Shown here piece after piece: positions 32,583 to 40,233 of a stretch of 64,000 bases of DNA. A model generated the notes under the pieces. The model was not told where the DNA came from. It did no database searches and saw only the letters and a list, made by a program, of their open reading frames with translations. Numbering within the stretch: position 1 is the first letter of the stretch; each line of letters begins with the position of its first letter. The DNA comes from Candidatus Acidiferrum sp. (GTDB taxonomy: Bacteria > Verrucomicrobiota > Verrucomicrobiia > Limisphaerales > UBA8199): the NCBI GenBank assembly GCA_035541055.1, contig DATKNZ010000220.1, positions 3,992-67,991 on the forward strand. Reading direction: 5' to 3'. Position numbers and translations under genes: made by a program.

Positions 32583-32679
32583 TCACGGAGGCAAGTTCGA
32601 AACGTAATCCCTTGAGGGCGACATGGATAGCGCAACCGAATGGCGCAACCGAATGGCCCCGGACCGAGAGCCGAATAGC

Positions 32680-32693
32680 GTGCAGACGTCTGG
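32680..32693. repeat. Palindrome copy P11 (GTGCAGACGTCTGG)
   Basis: Intergenic, at the outer edge of module copy 2. The right end is truncated. Confidence 0.8.
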
Positions 32694-32707
32694 ATGGGGC
32701 TGGGTGT

Positions 32708-32908
32708 TCAAGAGAAATCGTAATGCCTTGGCGCTGGGGCCGGGTCACGGGCGACGGACCAGACCAAGGCGATGACCCAGCCGAGGAAGGTCCAGCCGAG
32801 GAAAAGGTTCAGGACGATGATGGCCAGGGCGTTCTGCTTGCCCCGCAAGACGGCAATGGCGGCAGGGACGAAATAGAGGATAAAGGCGATAAGGAAGAGC
32901 AGTTCCAT
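32708..32908 (-). CDS. Superinfection immunity protein family (Imm-like) membrane protein
   Basis: 66 aa. LYFVPAAIAVLRGKQNALAIIVLNLFLGWTFLGWVIALVWSV matches the YF.P..IA..R......I...N...GWT..GW..AL.W pattern of that family. Confidence 0.75.
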   Translation of the reverse strand: MELLFLIAFILYFVPAAIAVLRGKQNALAIIVLNLFLGWTFLGWVIALVWSVARDPAPAPRHYDFS

Positions 32909-33088
32909 AACTTAAGGGGCTGTGGATTTGTCAGGCGGCGGCTGGCAGAGAAAGACGGTCATGATACGGTCGAAAAAGCCGGCGCGCCACGGCAGAAAAG
33001 CAATGACGCGCCAGCCGTATGACGACAGGAAGCAAGCAAGCAACCTGCCGTGCGGCAAATATAGGAGCAGGGCCGGGAGGGGCCAAGG

Positions 33089-33292
33089 CTAATTGTCCGA
33101 CCAGTCACCGCCAAGCCGGCTGTGCCAATCGGCGGGCGGGGCCGGGCGAGTCACACGCGAGACATTGGGGGTGAAACCGGGGACGGCCGGGGGCGGCTGC
33201 GGGACGTAGGCGAGGCGGCGCTGGAACTGCCGGTAGGCGGCGAGCCGGGCCAGGTACTGGGCGTGCCAATAGGGGAGGGGGATGTTGCTCAT
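33089..33292 (-). CDS. Small hypothetical protein coupled to the helicase stop
   Basis: ATG at 33292 overlaps the helicase TGA (ATGA). MSNIPLPYWHAQYLARL... Confidence 0.4.
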   Translation of the reverse strand: MSNIPLPYWHAQYLARLAAYRQFQRRLAYVPQPPPAVPGFTPNVSRVTRPAPPADWHSRLGGDWSDN

Positions 33293-35925
33293 AGGCTGGA
33301 CCATACATCGGAGTTGGTGACGGTGGCGAAGCGGGCGCGGGCGCGCAGCTTCCAGAGGGGCGGGGCGGGGTCGGGCGGATCGGGTGGGGGTGCAGGCGTC
33401 TGCAGGGCTTCGACGGTGAAGGCGGCCAGGGGGTCGTGGCGGTCGGGCGCGGATGAGATAGCCGATCGCCGATAGCCTATAGCCGAGGGAAGGGCAGAAC
33501 CGCGCAGGTTGGAGGGGAGCATGGCGGGCGGGCGGATGGTGATGAACTCGGGGGCCAGCCGGACGGGCCGGGCGACGGCGGCGGGCAGGTCAATCCACTG
33601 GCGCCAAGCGTGATGCAGGCGCTGGCGCAGGGCGGGCCATTGGGACCGGAGCGCGTCCTCATCAATGGTGGCCTCCCGGGCGTTGAACTCGCGGCGGGCG
33701 ACGTGGAGCAACTCGGCGAGGTTGACTTCCTCGGTGCGCTCGCCGATGAGGCGGCCATCCAGCACGAGCTCGGAGGCGTCGGCTTTCTCCTGCACGAGCG
33801 ACTCCAGGCGCAGGTCGATGGTGCCGGGACAGACGACGACATAGACGTTGACGGGCTTGACCGAGTTCATGCGGTGGACGCGGTCGAGGGCCTGCTTGAA
33901 CTTGTCATAGGCCCAGGAGTAGGCCATCAGGATGACATTATTGGCAAGGTGGAAGCTGTGGCCTTCGGCCATGCACTCGACGCCGGCCAGCATGACGGGG
34001 ATGGAGGCGTCATTGCGGCGGCCCTGCTTGAAGATGGCGGCCTGGTCGCCGCGGGACTTCTGGCTGACGCGGCCATCGAGCAGGACGTGGCGGACGTCGG
34101 CCTCGGAGAGCCAATGGGAGAAGTTGTCCAGCGGGTCGTTGAAGGCGCTGAACACGACGGCCTGCTCGCGGCGCTCAAGGATTTCGGCGATGAGGGTGAG
34201 GACGGTGGCGGCCTTGGGGACGTAGGGGTTGGTGGAGCGAGGCGGCAGCGGGACGGAGCCGCGGCCGCGGCAGACAGGGCAGGGGGAGGGGTTGAGGGTT
34301 GAGGGTTGAGAGTTGAGGGAACGGCAGGGGCACGTCTCCTCGGGTTCGCCGGGTTGGGGTTTCAAGTGGTCGCTGGAGGGGTCGGCGGCGGCGATGCGCA
34401 GGGCCTGCAACTGAGCGCCCACGGCGAGCTTGCCATTGACGTCGCGGTATTCGGCATCGAGGTGGTACTGGTAGACCTTCTTTTGGAGGGTGCCCATCTG
34501 GCAGCGGATGACCTTGCGGACTTTGGGGACAATGTCCTCGCCGGCGTCCTGCTTGCGGCGGCGGAGAATGATGGGGCCGAAGAGTTTCCAGAGGCGGTGG
34601 ACGTTGCAGACTTCGGCGGTGTATTTCCTGAAGCGGCTGCCGGTGGCCTTTTTGCCGTCGGCTTTGGCCTGCTCCTCCTTGCTGAGGTTGCGCTCGGTGA
34701 CCATGAAGGTGGAGGCGAAGCGCTCGCGCTCGGAGCTTTCATCGCGGTAAGGGAAGATGGGGGTGGCTTCGGCCTTGCCGCCGACGGCCCACCAGGCCAG
34801 CCGGAAGGCATCGGGCAGGCGATTTTTGACCGGGGTGGCGGTGAGCACCAGGCGGAAGCGCGGGTTGAGCGAACGGACGCCGCGCCCGACGATGGTGGTC
34901 TCGCCCTTCATCTTTACGCCCTCGTCCACAACGACGCAGTCGAAGGCGCTCCAGCAGAGATCGGCCAGGGACGGGGAATAGAGGCACTTCACATACCGCT
35001 TGGGGCGGGTGTCGGTCTCGGGTTTGGCGGGGTCGTAGCCCGGGGGCGGCTCGCCGATGGGGTAGGCTTTGAGCTCGCCCATGCCGGCGCTGTACTCGAG
35101 GATTTTGTCGGCGCAGAAGGCCCGCACGATCCAATCCTGCTGGCGACGGGAGAGGTCGGCGAAGCGGGTGTCCGGTGTGCGGCCGCAGAGGTTGACGAGG
35201 ACGGCGTGCGCGGCCAAGAGACGCTTGCGCTGGGCGGCGGCGGCTTTTTCGTCCCAGTGCCGCAGGGAATCGAGCCGCTGCTGGAGTGTGGCATCCAGCT
35301 CCTGGATGGTAGTGCGCGGCGAAGCGTGGAGGGCGTCAAATTCATCGGCCCACCTGACGGCGCGCCAGGCGAAGAAGGTGCAGACGTCTGCACACGGGGG
35401 CATCGGCGTGCCGCTGGGTTCGACGGGTGCGCGGTGGACGCCGATGGGCATGGCCAGCCAATCGAGCAGCGCGCATGGTTCCCAGTCCTCGGGGTCGGGC
35501 ACCGGGGCGACGCCATTGGTGGTGAGCTGGGTGTAACTGGTGATGTAGAAGCCAGGTGGGACGATGGGGCGGCCGGTCTCGTCGGTGTGGGTGAGGCGGG
35601 AGCCGGGCAGGCGGGTGAGCTGCTCGAAGGTCTGCTGGCTATCGAGCGGCTGGACGACGACGCCGAAGTGGGTGAAGGCCTCCTCGCGGATTTGCTGGTG
35701 GAGGTCGCCGGGGGCCACGATGAGCACGGGGAGGCGGGGGCGGAGGCGGGCGGAGGGTTGAGGATTGAGGGTTGAGGGTTGAGGGGGGCGGTCGAAGCCC
35801 ACCTTGAGCAGGGGCCATACGAACATGGCCCAGGTTTTTCCCAGGCCGGTGTCCCAGCCGAGGATGAGGCCGTCCTTGAGGGCGGCACGGGCGAGGTCTT
35901 GTCGTTGGAACGTTTTGAGTTTCAT
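33289..35925 (-). CDS. SNF2-family helicase
   Basis: DTGLGKT (motif I), VVVDEGVKMK (II), LVLTATPVKN (III), C-terminal helicase domain (VVFSAFNDPLD, VMLAGVECMAEGHSF, ALDRVHRMNS). Contains three in-frame repeat blocks. Confidence 0.85.
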   Translation of the reverse strand: MKLKTFQRQDLARAALKDGLILGWDTGLGKTWAMFVWPLLKVGFDRPPQPSTLNPQPSARLRPRLPVLIVAPGDLHQQIREEAFTHFGVVVQPLDSQQTFEQLTRLPGSRLTHTDETGRPIVPPGFYITSYTQLTTNGVAPVPDPEDWEPCALLDWLAMPIGVHRAPVEPSGTPMPPCADVCTFFAWRAVRWADEFDALHASPRTTIQELDATLQQRLDSLRHWDEKAAAAQRKRLLAAHAVLVNLCGRTPDTRFADLSRRQQDWIVRAFCADKILEYSAGMGELKAYPIGEPPPGYDPAKPETDTRPKRYVKCLYSPSLADLCWSAFDCVVVDEGVKMKGETTIVGRGVRSLNPRFRLVLTATPVKNRLPDAFRLAWWAVGGKAEATPIFPYRDESSERERFASTFMVTERNLSKEEQAKADGKKATGSRFRKYTAEVCNVHRLWKLFGPIILRRRKQDAGEDIVPKVRKVIRCQMGTLQKKVYQYHLDAEYRDVNGKLAVGAQLQALRIAAADPSSDHLKPQPGEPEETCPCRSLNSQPSTLNPSPCPVCRGRGSVPLPPRSTNPYVPKAATVLTLIAEILERREQAVVFSAFNDPLDNFSHWLSEADVRHVLLDGRVSQKSRGDQAAIFKQGRRNDASIPVMLAGVECMAEGHSFHLANNVILMAYSWAYDKFKQALDRVHRMNSVKPVNVYVVVCPGTIDLRLESLVQEKADASELVLDGRLIGERTEEVNLAELLHVARREFNAREATIDEDALRSQWPALRQRLHHAWRQWIDLPAAVARPVRLAPEFITIRPPAMLPSNLRGSALPSAIGYRRSAISSAPDRHDPLAAFTVEALQTPAPPPDPPDPAPPLWKLRARARFATVTNSDVWSSL
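33390..33484 (+). repeat. Palindrome P12 (33390-33405) and ATAGCC-type x4 array (33458-33484) inside the helicase 3' tail
   Basis: GTGCAGGCGTCTGCAG, then atagcc gatcgcc gatagcc tatagcc on the + strand. Read on the - strand as ALQTPAP and SAIGYRRSAIS. Confidence 0.9.
34291..34318 (+). repeat. GTTGAGG x4 array inside the helicase ORF
   Basis: gttgagg gttgagg gttgaga gttgagg. Read on the - strand as SLNSQPSTLNPSP, between CPC and CPVC. Confidence 0.9.
35378..35393. repeat. Palindrome copy P13, perfect GTGCAGACGTCTGCAC, inside the helicase
   Basis: Read as C-A-D-V-C-T. This is the only coding copy in a different frame. Confidence 0.9.
35757..35784 (+). repeat. GTTGAGG x4 array inside the helicase ORF (N-terminal region)
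   Basis: gttgagg attgagg gttgagg gttgagg. Read on the - strand as PQPSTLNPQPS. Confidence 0.9.
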
Positions 35926-36178
35926 GATGTGGGGCTGATGGATTTATGCAGGTTTAATAAAGGTTGCAGTTGCGGTGTGCGGTGAGCCGGTTACACTGAC
36001 CGCTGTTCTTTATATAGGCCATGAGCCGAACGGCCCGTGGCTGAGTCTTTGCAGTGCGAGGACTCGGATTTCTGTCTAAAACGGCCAAAGAATTTTCAGG
36101 AAATCCGCCTCGGCGCGCGAGCGATCGCGCGTCCTGGTGTGCTTTCCTGAAGGGCACTTGGCCGTGCCCGGACAGAGA

Positions 36179-36203
36179 GTGCGTCAGTGACGCGCCTTTT
36201 TTT
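36179..36203 (+). terminator. Orphan intrinsic-terminator-like hairpin + T7
   Basis: GTGCGT-cagtg-ACGCGC (6 pairs including one G:U), then C + TTTTTTT (36197-36203). No annotated + strand gene lies upstream. Confidence 0.35.
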
Positions 36204-36389
36204 CCCAGCCAACAGGTGTTGGTGGGGTGTCGTTAATGAGAAATAAAAGGCAGAAAGGTCCTGACGGACTACATCAATGGCGCCGGGCGAACCGCTCGCA
36301 CGCGCGGCGCAGGAAGCTCTGGAGGCAAGTGCCCTCTCCCATTTCGTTCTGCCGATCTGTTTGCCGCCAACGGCAAACAATTGAGAGCA

Positions 36390-37037
36390 ATGAAGAAACA
36401 GATCAGACAAGACATTCAATACATCCTACGGAATTCGTTCGAGTTTTTGGGCCTGACGCATCCAGCCGACGCGGACTGGCAGTCCGAGATCGCGCGGGCA
36501 GTGCAAGCGGCCAGTTGTGACAGCATCGGCACGAGGGCCTGTCCGCGAACGCGGGGTTCCCTGGCGCATTCGCTGGCCGAGATCGGGGCCGGCGCATACG
36601 CGTGGGACATGGGACTGAGCCCGCAGGCGGTGTGGGACGAGCGATTCGGCCAACTGCATGGGCTGCGGGAACTGGTGCCGTTCGACCGGTGGCTTTTGGC
36701 GCTGCACCCCGAGGACCGGCCGATGATCCGGCAGCACCTGGAGGCGCTGCACAAAGATCCGACGGCTGGAGACGTGTGGGACGTGCAATACCGTGTGGTG
36801 GGCGCCGACGGAAGCGTGCGCTGGCTGGTGTCCGTGGGACGCATCCAGCGGGACAAAGCGGGCGTGCCAATGCGGATGACCGGCATCGTGACGGATGTAA
36901 GCCATCGCCGCGGGCTGGAACCGCGGGTGACGATGGTCAGGCAATCGCCAGCGCGGCCTCCAACTCGTCCAGGCGGACAAGGGTCGCGCGATAAGCAGCC
37001 GGGTCCACGGCGGCGACGTCGGGCACCTCGGGGATAA
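36390..37037 (+). CDS. Stand-alone PAS-domain protein
   Basis: AYAWDMGLSPQAVWDERFGQLHG...LHPEDRPMIRQHLEAL...WDVQYRVVGADGSVRWLVSVGRIQRDKAGVPMRMTGIVTDVS is a PAS-fold pattern. The 3' end overlaps the convergent methylase gene by ~100 nt. Confidence 0.6.
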   Translation: MKKQIRQDIQYILRNSFEFLGLTHPADADWQSEIARAVQAASCDSIGTRACPRTRGSLAHSLAEIGAGAYAWDMGLSPQAVWDERFGQLHGLRELVPFDRWLLALHPEDRPMIRQHLEALHKDPTAGDVWDVQYRVVGADGSVRWLVSVGRIQRDKAGVPMRMTGIVTDVSHRRGLEPRVTMVRQSPARPPTRPGGQGSRDKQPGPRRRRRAPRG

Positions 37038-38571
37038 CGAAGCAGCGGACCAGGTCGGCGAGCGTGAAGTCCACGGCGCCGCGGTTATCGGCGGCGCGCT
37101 TGGCATTGGCGACGGTGGTTTCCTTGTCATCGCGCAGCCATTGGTCCATGAAGCTCCATTCCGGGGCGTCCTTATCCGGCCCCTCGGCGATAAGGAAGAC
37201 CAGTTCCTGGCCGGAGTATTCCAATTCCTCGAGGTCGCCGGTGAAGGAATTGGGCTTCTGGACCTGGCGGGTGAAGCTGATGGTCTCGGAGCGCAGAGGG
37301 TAGCGCTGGCCTTTGCGGAAGATGACCTTGTGCTGGTAAGCCAGGTCGGCCTTGCATTCGATGGTGTCCTCCTCATCCAGGTAGCCCAGGCGCTGGATCT
37401 CGGGCAGCGGGTAGAGCGGAGCGCGGGCCGCGTGATACTGGCGGATGGCTTCGCGCACGGCGGCCAGCAGATCGGGCTGGACGCGCCAGCCGGATCGCTC
37501 GGCGACTTCGAGCAGTTCATCGCGGGTGTTGCGCTGGATGACCAGGTCCATCGGGGTCTTGCCATTGAGGGCGAACAGGCGCTGGACCTGGTGCTTGTTG
37601 ATCCTGCTGCTGTGCTTTTCGAACAAGGAGAGGGCGGTGTGGATGGTGTTGTCGGAGGCCAGCCAGAGGTTCCAGGGCACTTTGACCTTGTTGCCAGCGG
37701 CTTCGCCCGCCTTTTCCTTAGCAGCGCTCCAGCACTCGACGCCGGCATGGTGGGCGAGCCACGCGTTGCGCAGTTCGACGCCCTGGCGCCAGGAGCGGTC
37801 GGGCAGCTCGGGCCAGTGCCACGTGTGCGGGCCGGCGGTATGCTCGCGGGCGAAGTAGAGCACCTCGGTCTGGAAGGAGTCGTCCTCCTGCCAGTTGCAG
37901 CCCTTGCGGGCGGTCATGGGGTTGCCGGGGATGATGAGCCGCGCCCATACGTGGGCGGCCACGGCGCCGTGCGGGGCGTCCTCGGCAAAGATCAGGCGCT
38001 CCAGGGTGTCGTGGTTGGCGATTAGGAGGCCCTCGCCATAGGGGGTGCAGAGGTCGAGCGCAATGAGCAGCATGGCGAGGGTGGAATCAATGCACTCGCG
38101 GGGGATGCCGCCGCCCTGCTCGATGCCCTTGAAGGCCGCCCGCACGGCGGGGAACTCGCTCTGGAGCAGGGCGGCCAGACGCGCCCGGTAGAAGAACAGG
38201 CGCCAGGGTGGATTGAGCACCCAGCAATCGGCTTTGAACCCGACCTCCCGGAGCCAGGCGTGGAGTTGGCAGGCGTCGGCGGTGATGCGGTTGAGCGGGG
38301 AGGTGCCGCCCTCGACGCGCTGGCCGTGGCAGGGGTCAATGTCCGCGCCGAGCAGCGTGACGGGCTTGCCCTCCTGTGCAGACGCCTGCAAGAGGTGGCC
38401 GGCCCCGCAATTTAAGTCTACGATGATCGGACGGACGGGGGCCAGCGGGCGGGCTAGCGTGCGGCCCAGGTCGGACGGGGTGAAGAATTGGCTCTGGCCC
38501 TTGTCGGCGGCGTTGGCGGAGGACTCGAAGAAGGGCTGGAGGATTTCGGGGGCGATTTGGGTGCGTTGCAT
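36937..38571 (-). CDS. N6-adenine DNA methyltransferase
   Basis: QFFTP, VDLNCGAGHLL (AdoMet motif I), VLNPPW (motif IV NPPW). 544 aa. Confidence 0.75.
   Translation of the reverse strand: MQRTQIAPEILQPFFESSANAADKGQSQFFTPSDLGRTLARPLAPVRPIIVDLNCGAGHLLQASAQEGKPVTLLGADIDPCHGQRVEGGTSPLNRITADACQLHAWLREVGFKADCWVLNPPWRLFFYRARLAALLQSEFPAVRAAFKGIEQGGGIPRECIDSTLAMLLIALDLCTPYGEGLLIANHDTLERLIFAEDAPHGAVAAHVWARLIIPGNPMTARKGCNWQEDDSFQTEVLYFAREHTAGPHTWHWPELPDRSWRQGVELRNAWLAHHAGVECWSAAKEKAGEAAGNKVKVPWNLWLASDNTIHTALSLFEKHSSRINKHQVQRLFALNGKTPMDLVIQRNTRDELLEVAERSGWRVQPDLLAAVREAIRQYHAARAPLYPLPEIQRLGYLDEEDTIECKADLAYQHKVIFRKGQRYPLRSETISFTRQVQKPNSFTGDLEELEYSGQELVFLIAEGPDKDAPEWSFMDQWLRDDKETTVANAKRAADNRGAVDFTLADLVRCFVIPEVPDVAAVDPAAYRATLVRLDELEAALAIA
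38376..38391. repeat. Palindrome copy P14 (GTGCAGACGCCTGCAA) inside the methylase
   Basis: Read on the - strand as L-Q-A-S-A, immediately after motif I. Confidence 0.85.
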
Positions 38572-38643
38572 AGATGAATGTGAGATGTGTAATAAGCAAT
38601 TTCTGTGTTGTATTGCGGGAAAGAGTGGTTAGAATCGGGGCGT

Positions 38644-38925
38644 ATGTTTGAGTTGAGCCCGGCTCCGGCCGATACGGGAAGCCCGGGGATGCCAGCCACG
38701 GATCTGGCGGGCGGGATGCTTTTGACGAAGTGGATGCGCCAAGTGGGGCTGTCCCGTCCCACGGTATGGCGCTACCGAAAGGCGGGGCGGATCAAGACGA
38801 TCTCGCGTTACGGTCGCATCTACATTACGGCTGAGGCGGCGCGGGAGTTTTTTCAGCCGGACGATCATCCGGTTTCCCGGCCTCCCGGGCGACCTTCTGC
38901 TGCACGAGGGCGAGCAGTTCGCTGA
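38644..38925 (+). CDS. Excisionase/AlpA-like HTH DNA-binding protein
   Basis: LLTKWMRQVGLSRPTVWRYRKAGRIKTISRYGRIYI helix-turn-helix pattern. Adjacent and convergent to the integrase. Start among several Met codons is uncertain. Confidence 0.55.
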   Translation: MFELSPAPADTGSPGMPATDLAGGMLLTKWMRQVGLSRPTVWRYRKAGRIKTISRYGRIYITAEAAREFFQPDDHPVSRPPGRPSAARGRAVR

Positions 38926-40162
38926 CGCTCAATTGTTCGGCCGTCTTGTTTTGGCTGGCCGGTATCGGCGTGGCGGGTGGGGCCTCGGTGGGGCGGGCAC
39001 CGAAGCTGAATTGGGCGGCCATCTTCTTGGCGTGCCCCGGGGCCAGGTGGCCATACACTTTGCCAATCAGCACCCCACCGTCAGCATGTCCTACCCAGCG
39101 GGCAATTGTCATATAATCAATGCCCTCCATGACGGCGTAGCTGATGAAGTGATGGCGGCAATCGTGCGGCGAGAACCGGGGGAACCCCACTTTCTGGCGT
39201 ACCACATGAAGGGTGTTTTGCAGCCCAAGGACGTGCCCGTCCTTGGCGATGCCTCGCGGCGAAGGGAAGATCCATTCCGCATCTGGCAGACGCCGTGAAG
39301 CCATGTCCAACAGGTGCGCTTCGAGCCGGGGGTTGAAGTCCACGATCACATGCTTCTTGTATTTGGTGTCGAGGTGAAGCTGCTTGTTCTTCCAGTCCAC
39401 GTGCGCCCACTTGGCCTTGACCGCCGCGCCTTTGCGCGCACCGGAGAAGCACATGAATTTGAGCCAGTCCACGCAGAGTTGGCCCGTCGAGTAAACCGGC
39501 GTGTCGTTTTCCCGGCGCAGCAACTCGGCGTAGACCCGCTCGAAGTCCTCAGTGGAGACTAGGCTGCGAACCTGCGGCTTGTAGGGCAGCGCCTCATAGT
39601 TCTTGGTCACCGGGTCGCCAATAATCCAGCCGTCCTTCTTCTGCGCATGGGTCAGCATGTTGTGCAGGCTCATCACGTCGAGGTTAACGGTGCGGGTGCT
39701 GATGGGCTTGTCGCCGCGCTTTTCGGCCTTGCGAGCTTTGACGAAGTCGGTAATCTGCTTCACCGTAATGTGATTGATGCGCGTATGCCCGATGGCCTTC
39801 ACCCAGCGTTCAAGGTTGCGCTCCTCGTTCTTAATGGTCTTGGGGTCCTTGGCCTCGGTGTCACGGCACCATTGGATATAATCCGTGGCGTAGTCGCGCA
39901 CGCGGGGAGCCTGGCCTGCGGCGGGCAGGACGCCCTCGCGTTTATCCTGGCGCATCTGGACGGCGGCGTCTGCAGCCTGCTTGGCGTCGCGTATGGGTTG
40001 GTTCTGTTTGTCCAGCAGGCAGATGCGCCGCACGCCCTTGAGGGGAAGGCGCAGGGCGACGTAATAGCGGCCGTTGCGAACGTAGAGGCCCTCGATCTCG
40101 CGCCCGCGAGAGTCTTTGACTACGGTGAATTTCCAGCGATTATTGGTGTTGTCGGTTTTCAC
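38825..40162 (-). CDS. Tyrosine recombinase / phage integrase
   Basis: C-terminal catalytic pattern (ARKGAAVKAKWAHVDW, HDCRHHFISYAV, GHADGGVLIGKVYGHL). GTG start at 40162 was chosen because the longer track ORF (to 40348) runs antisense through the tRNA gene. Confidence 0.85.
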   Translation of the reverse strand: MKTDNTNNRWKFTVVKDSRGREIEGLYVRNGRYYVALRLPLKGVRRICLLDKQNQPIRDAKQAADAAVQMRQDKREGVLPAAGQAPRVRDYATDYIQWCRDTEAKDPKTIKNEERNLERWVKAIGHTRINHITVKQITDFVKARKAEKRGDKPISTRTVNLDVMSLHNMLTHAQKKDGWIIGDPVTKNYEALPYKPQVRSLVSTEDFERVYAELLRRENDTPVYSTGQLCVDWLKFMCFSGARKGAAVKAKWAHVDWKNKQLHLDTKYKKHVIVDFNPRLEAHLLDMASRRLPDAEWIFPSPRGIAKDGHVLGLQNTLHVVRQKVGFPRFSPHDCRHHFISYAVMEGIDYMTIARWVGHADGGVLIGKVYGHLAPGHAKKMAAQFSFGARPTEAPPATPIPASQNKTAEQLSVSELLALVQQKVAREAGKPDDRPAEKTPAPPQP

Positions 40163-40168
40163 AGCGTT

Positions 40169-40200
40169 TGTGCAACGGATGTTGCACAGAATGTTGCACA
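40169..40200. promoter_or_regulatory. Triple TGTTGCACA-type site between integrase start and tRNA
   Basis: TGTGCAAC-ggat-GTTGCACA (perfect 8-bp inverted repeat, 40169-40188) plus a third direct copy TGTTGCACA (40192-40200). Starts 7 nt upstream of the int GTG. Confidence 0.5.
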
Positions 40201-40233
40201 ATGTAAATTGAGAACTGAACAAAACCCTTGGTG

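Larger units (their letters stand above)
1..40233. mobile_element. Prophage (tailed phage, siphovirus-like gene order), right-hand portion; left end outside window
   Basis: Late-gene synteny on + strand, tape measure, Xis-like HTH and tyrosine integrase at the right edge 71 bp from tRNA-Leu. Genes right of 40.4 kb are ordinary chromosomal types. Confidence 0.8.

Noticed and set aside
2255-38391. Reading the palindrome simply as PstI-like (CTGCAG) or AatII-like (GACGTC) restriction sites indicating an R-M system
   Set aside because: Only some copies contain a full CTGCAG or GACGTC. The conserved word is the whole 16-mer, and no restriction endonuclease gene is recognisable in the window. The methylase-target idea is kept only as one hypothesis.
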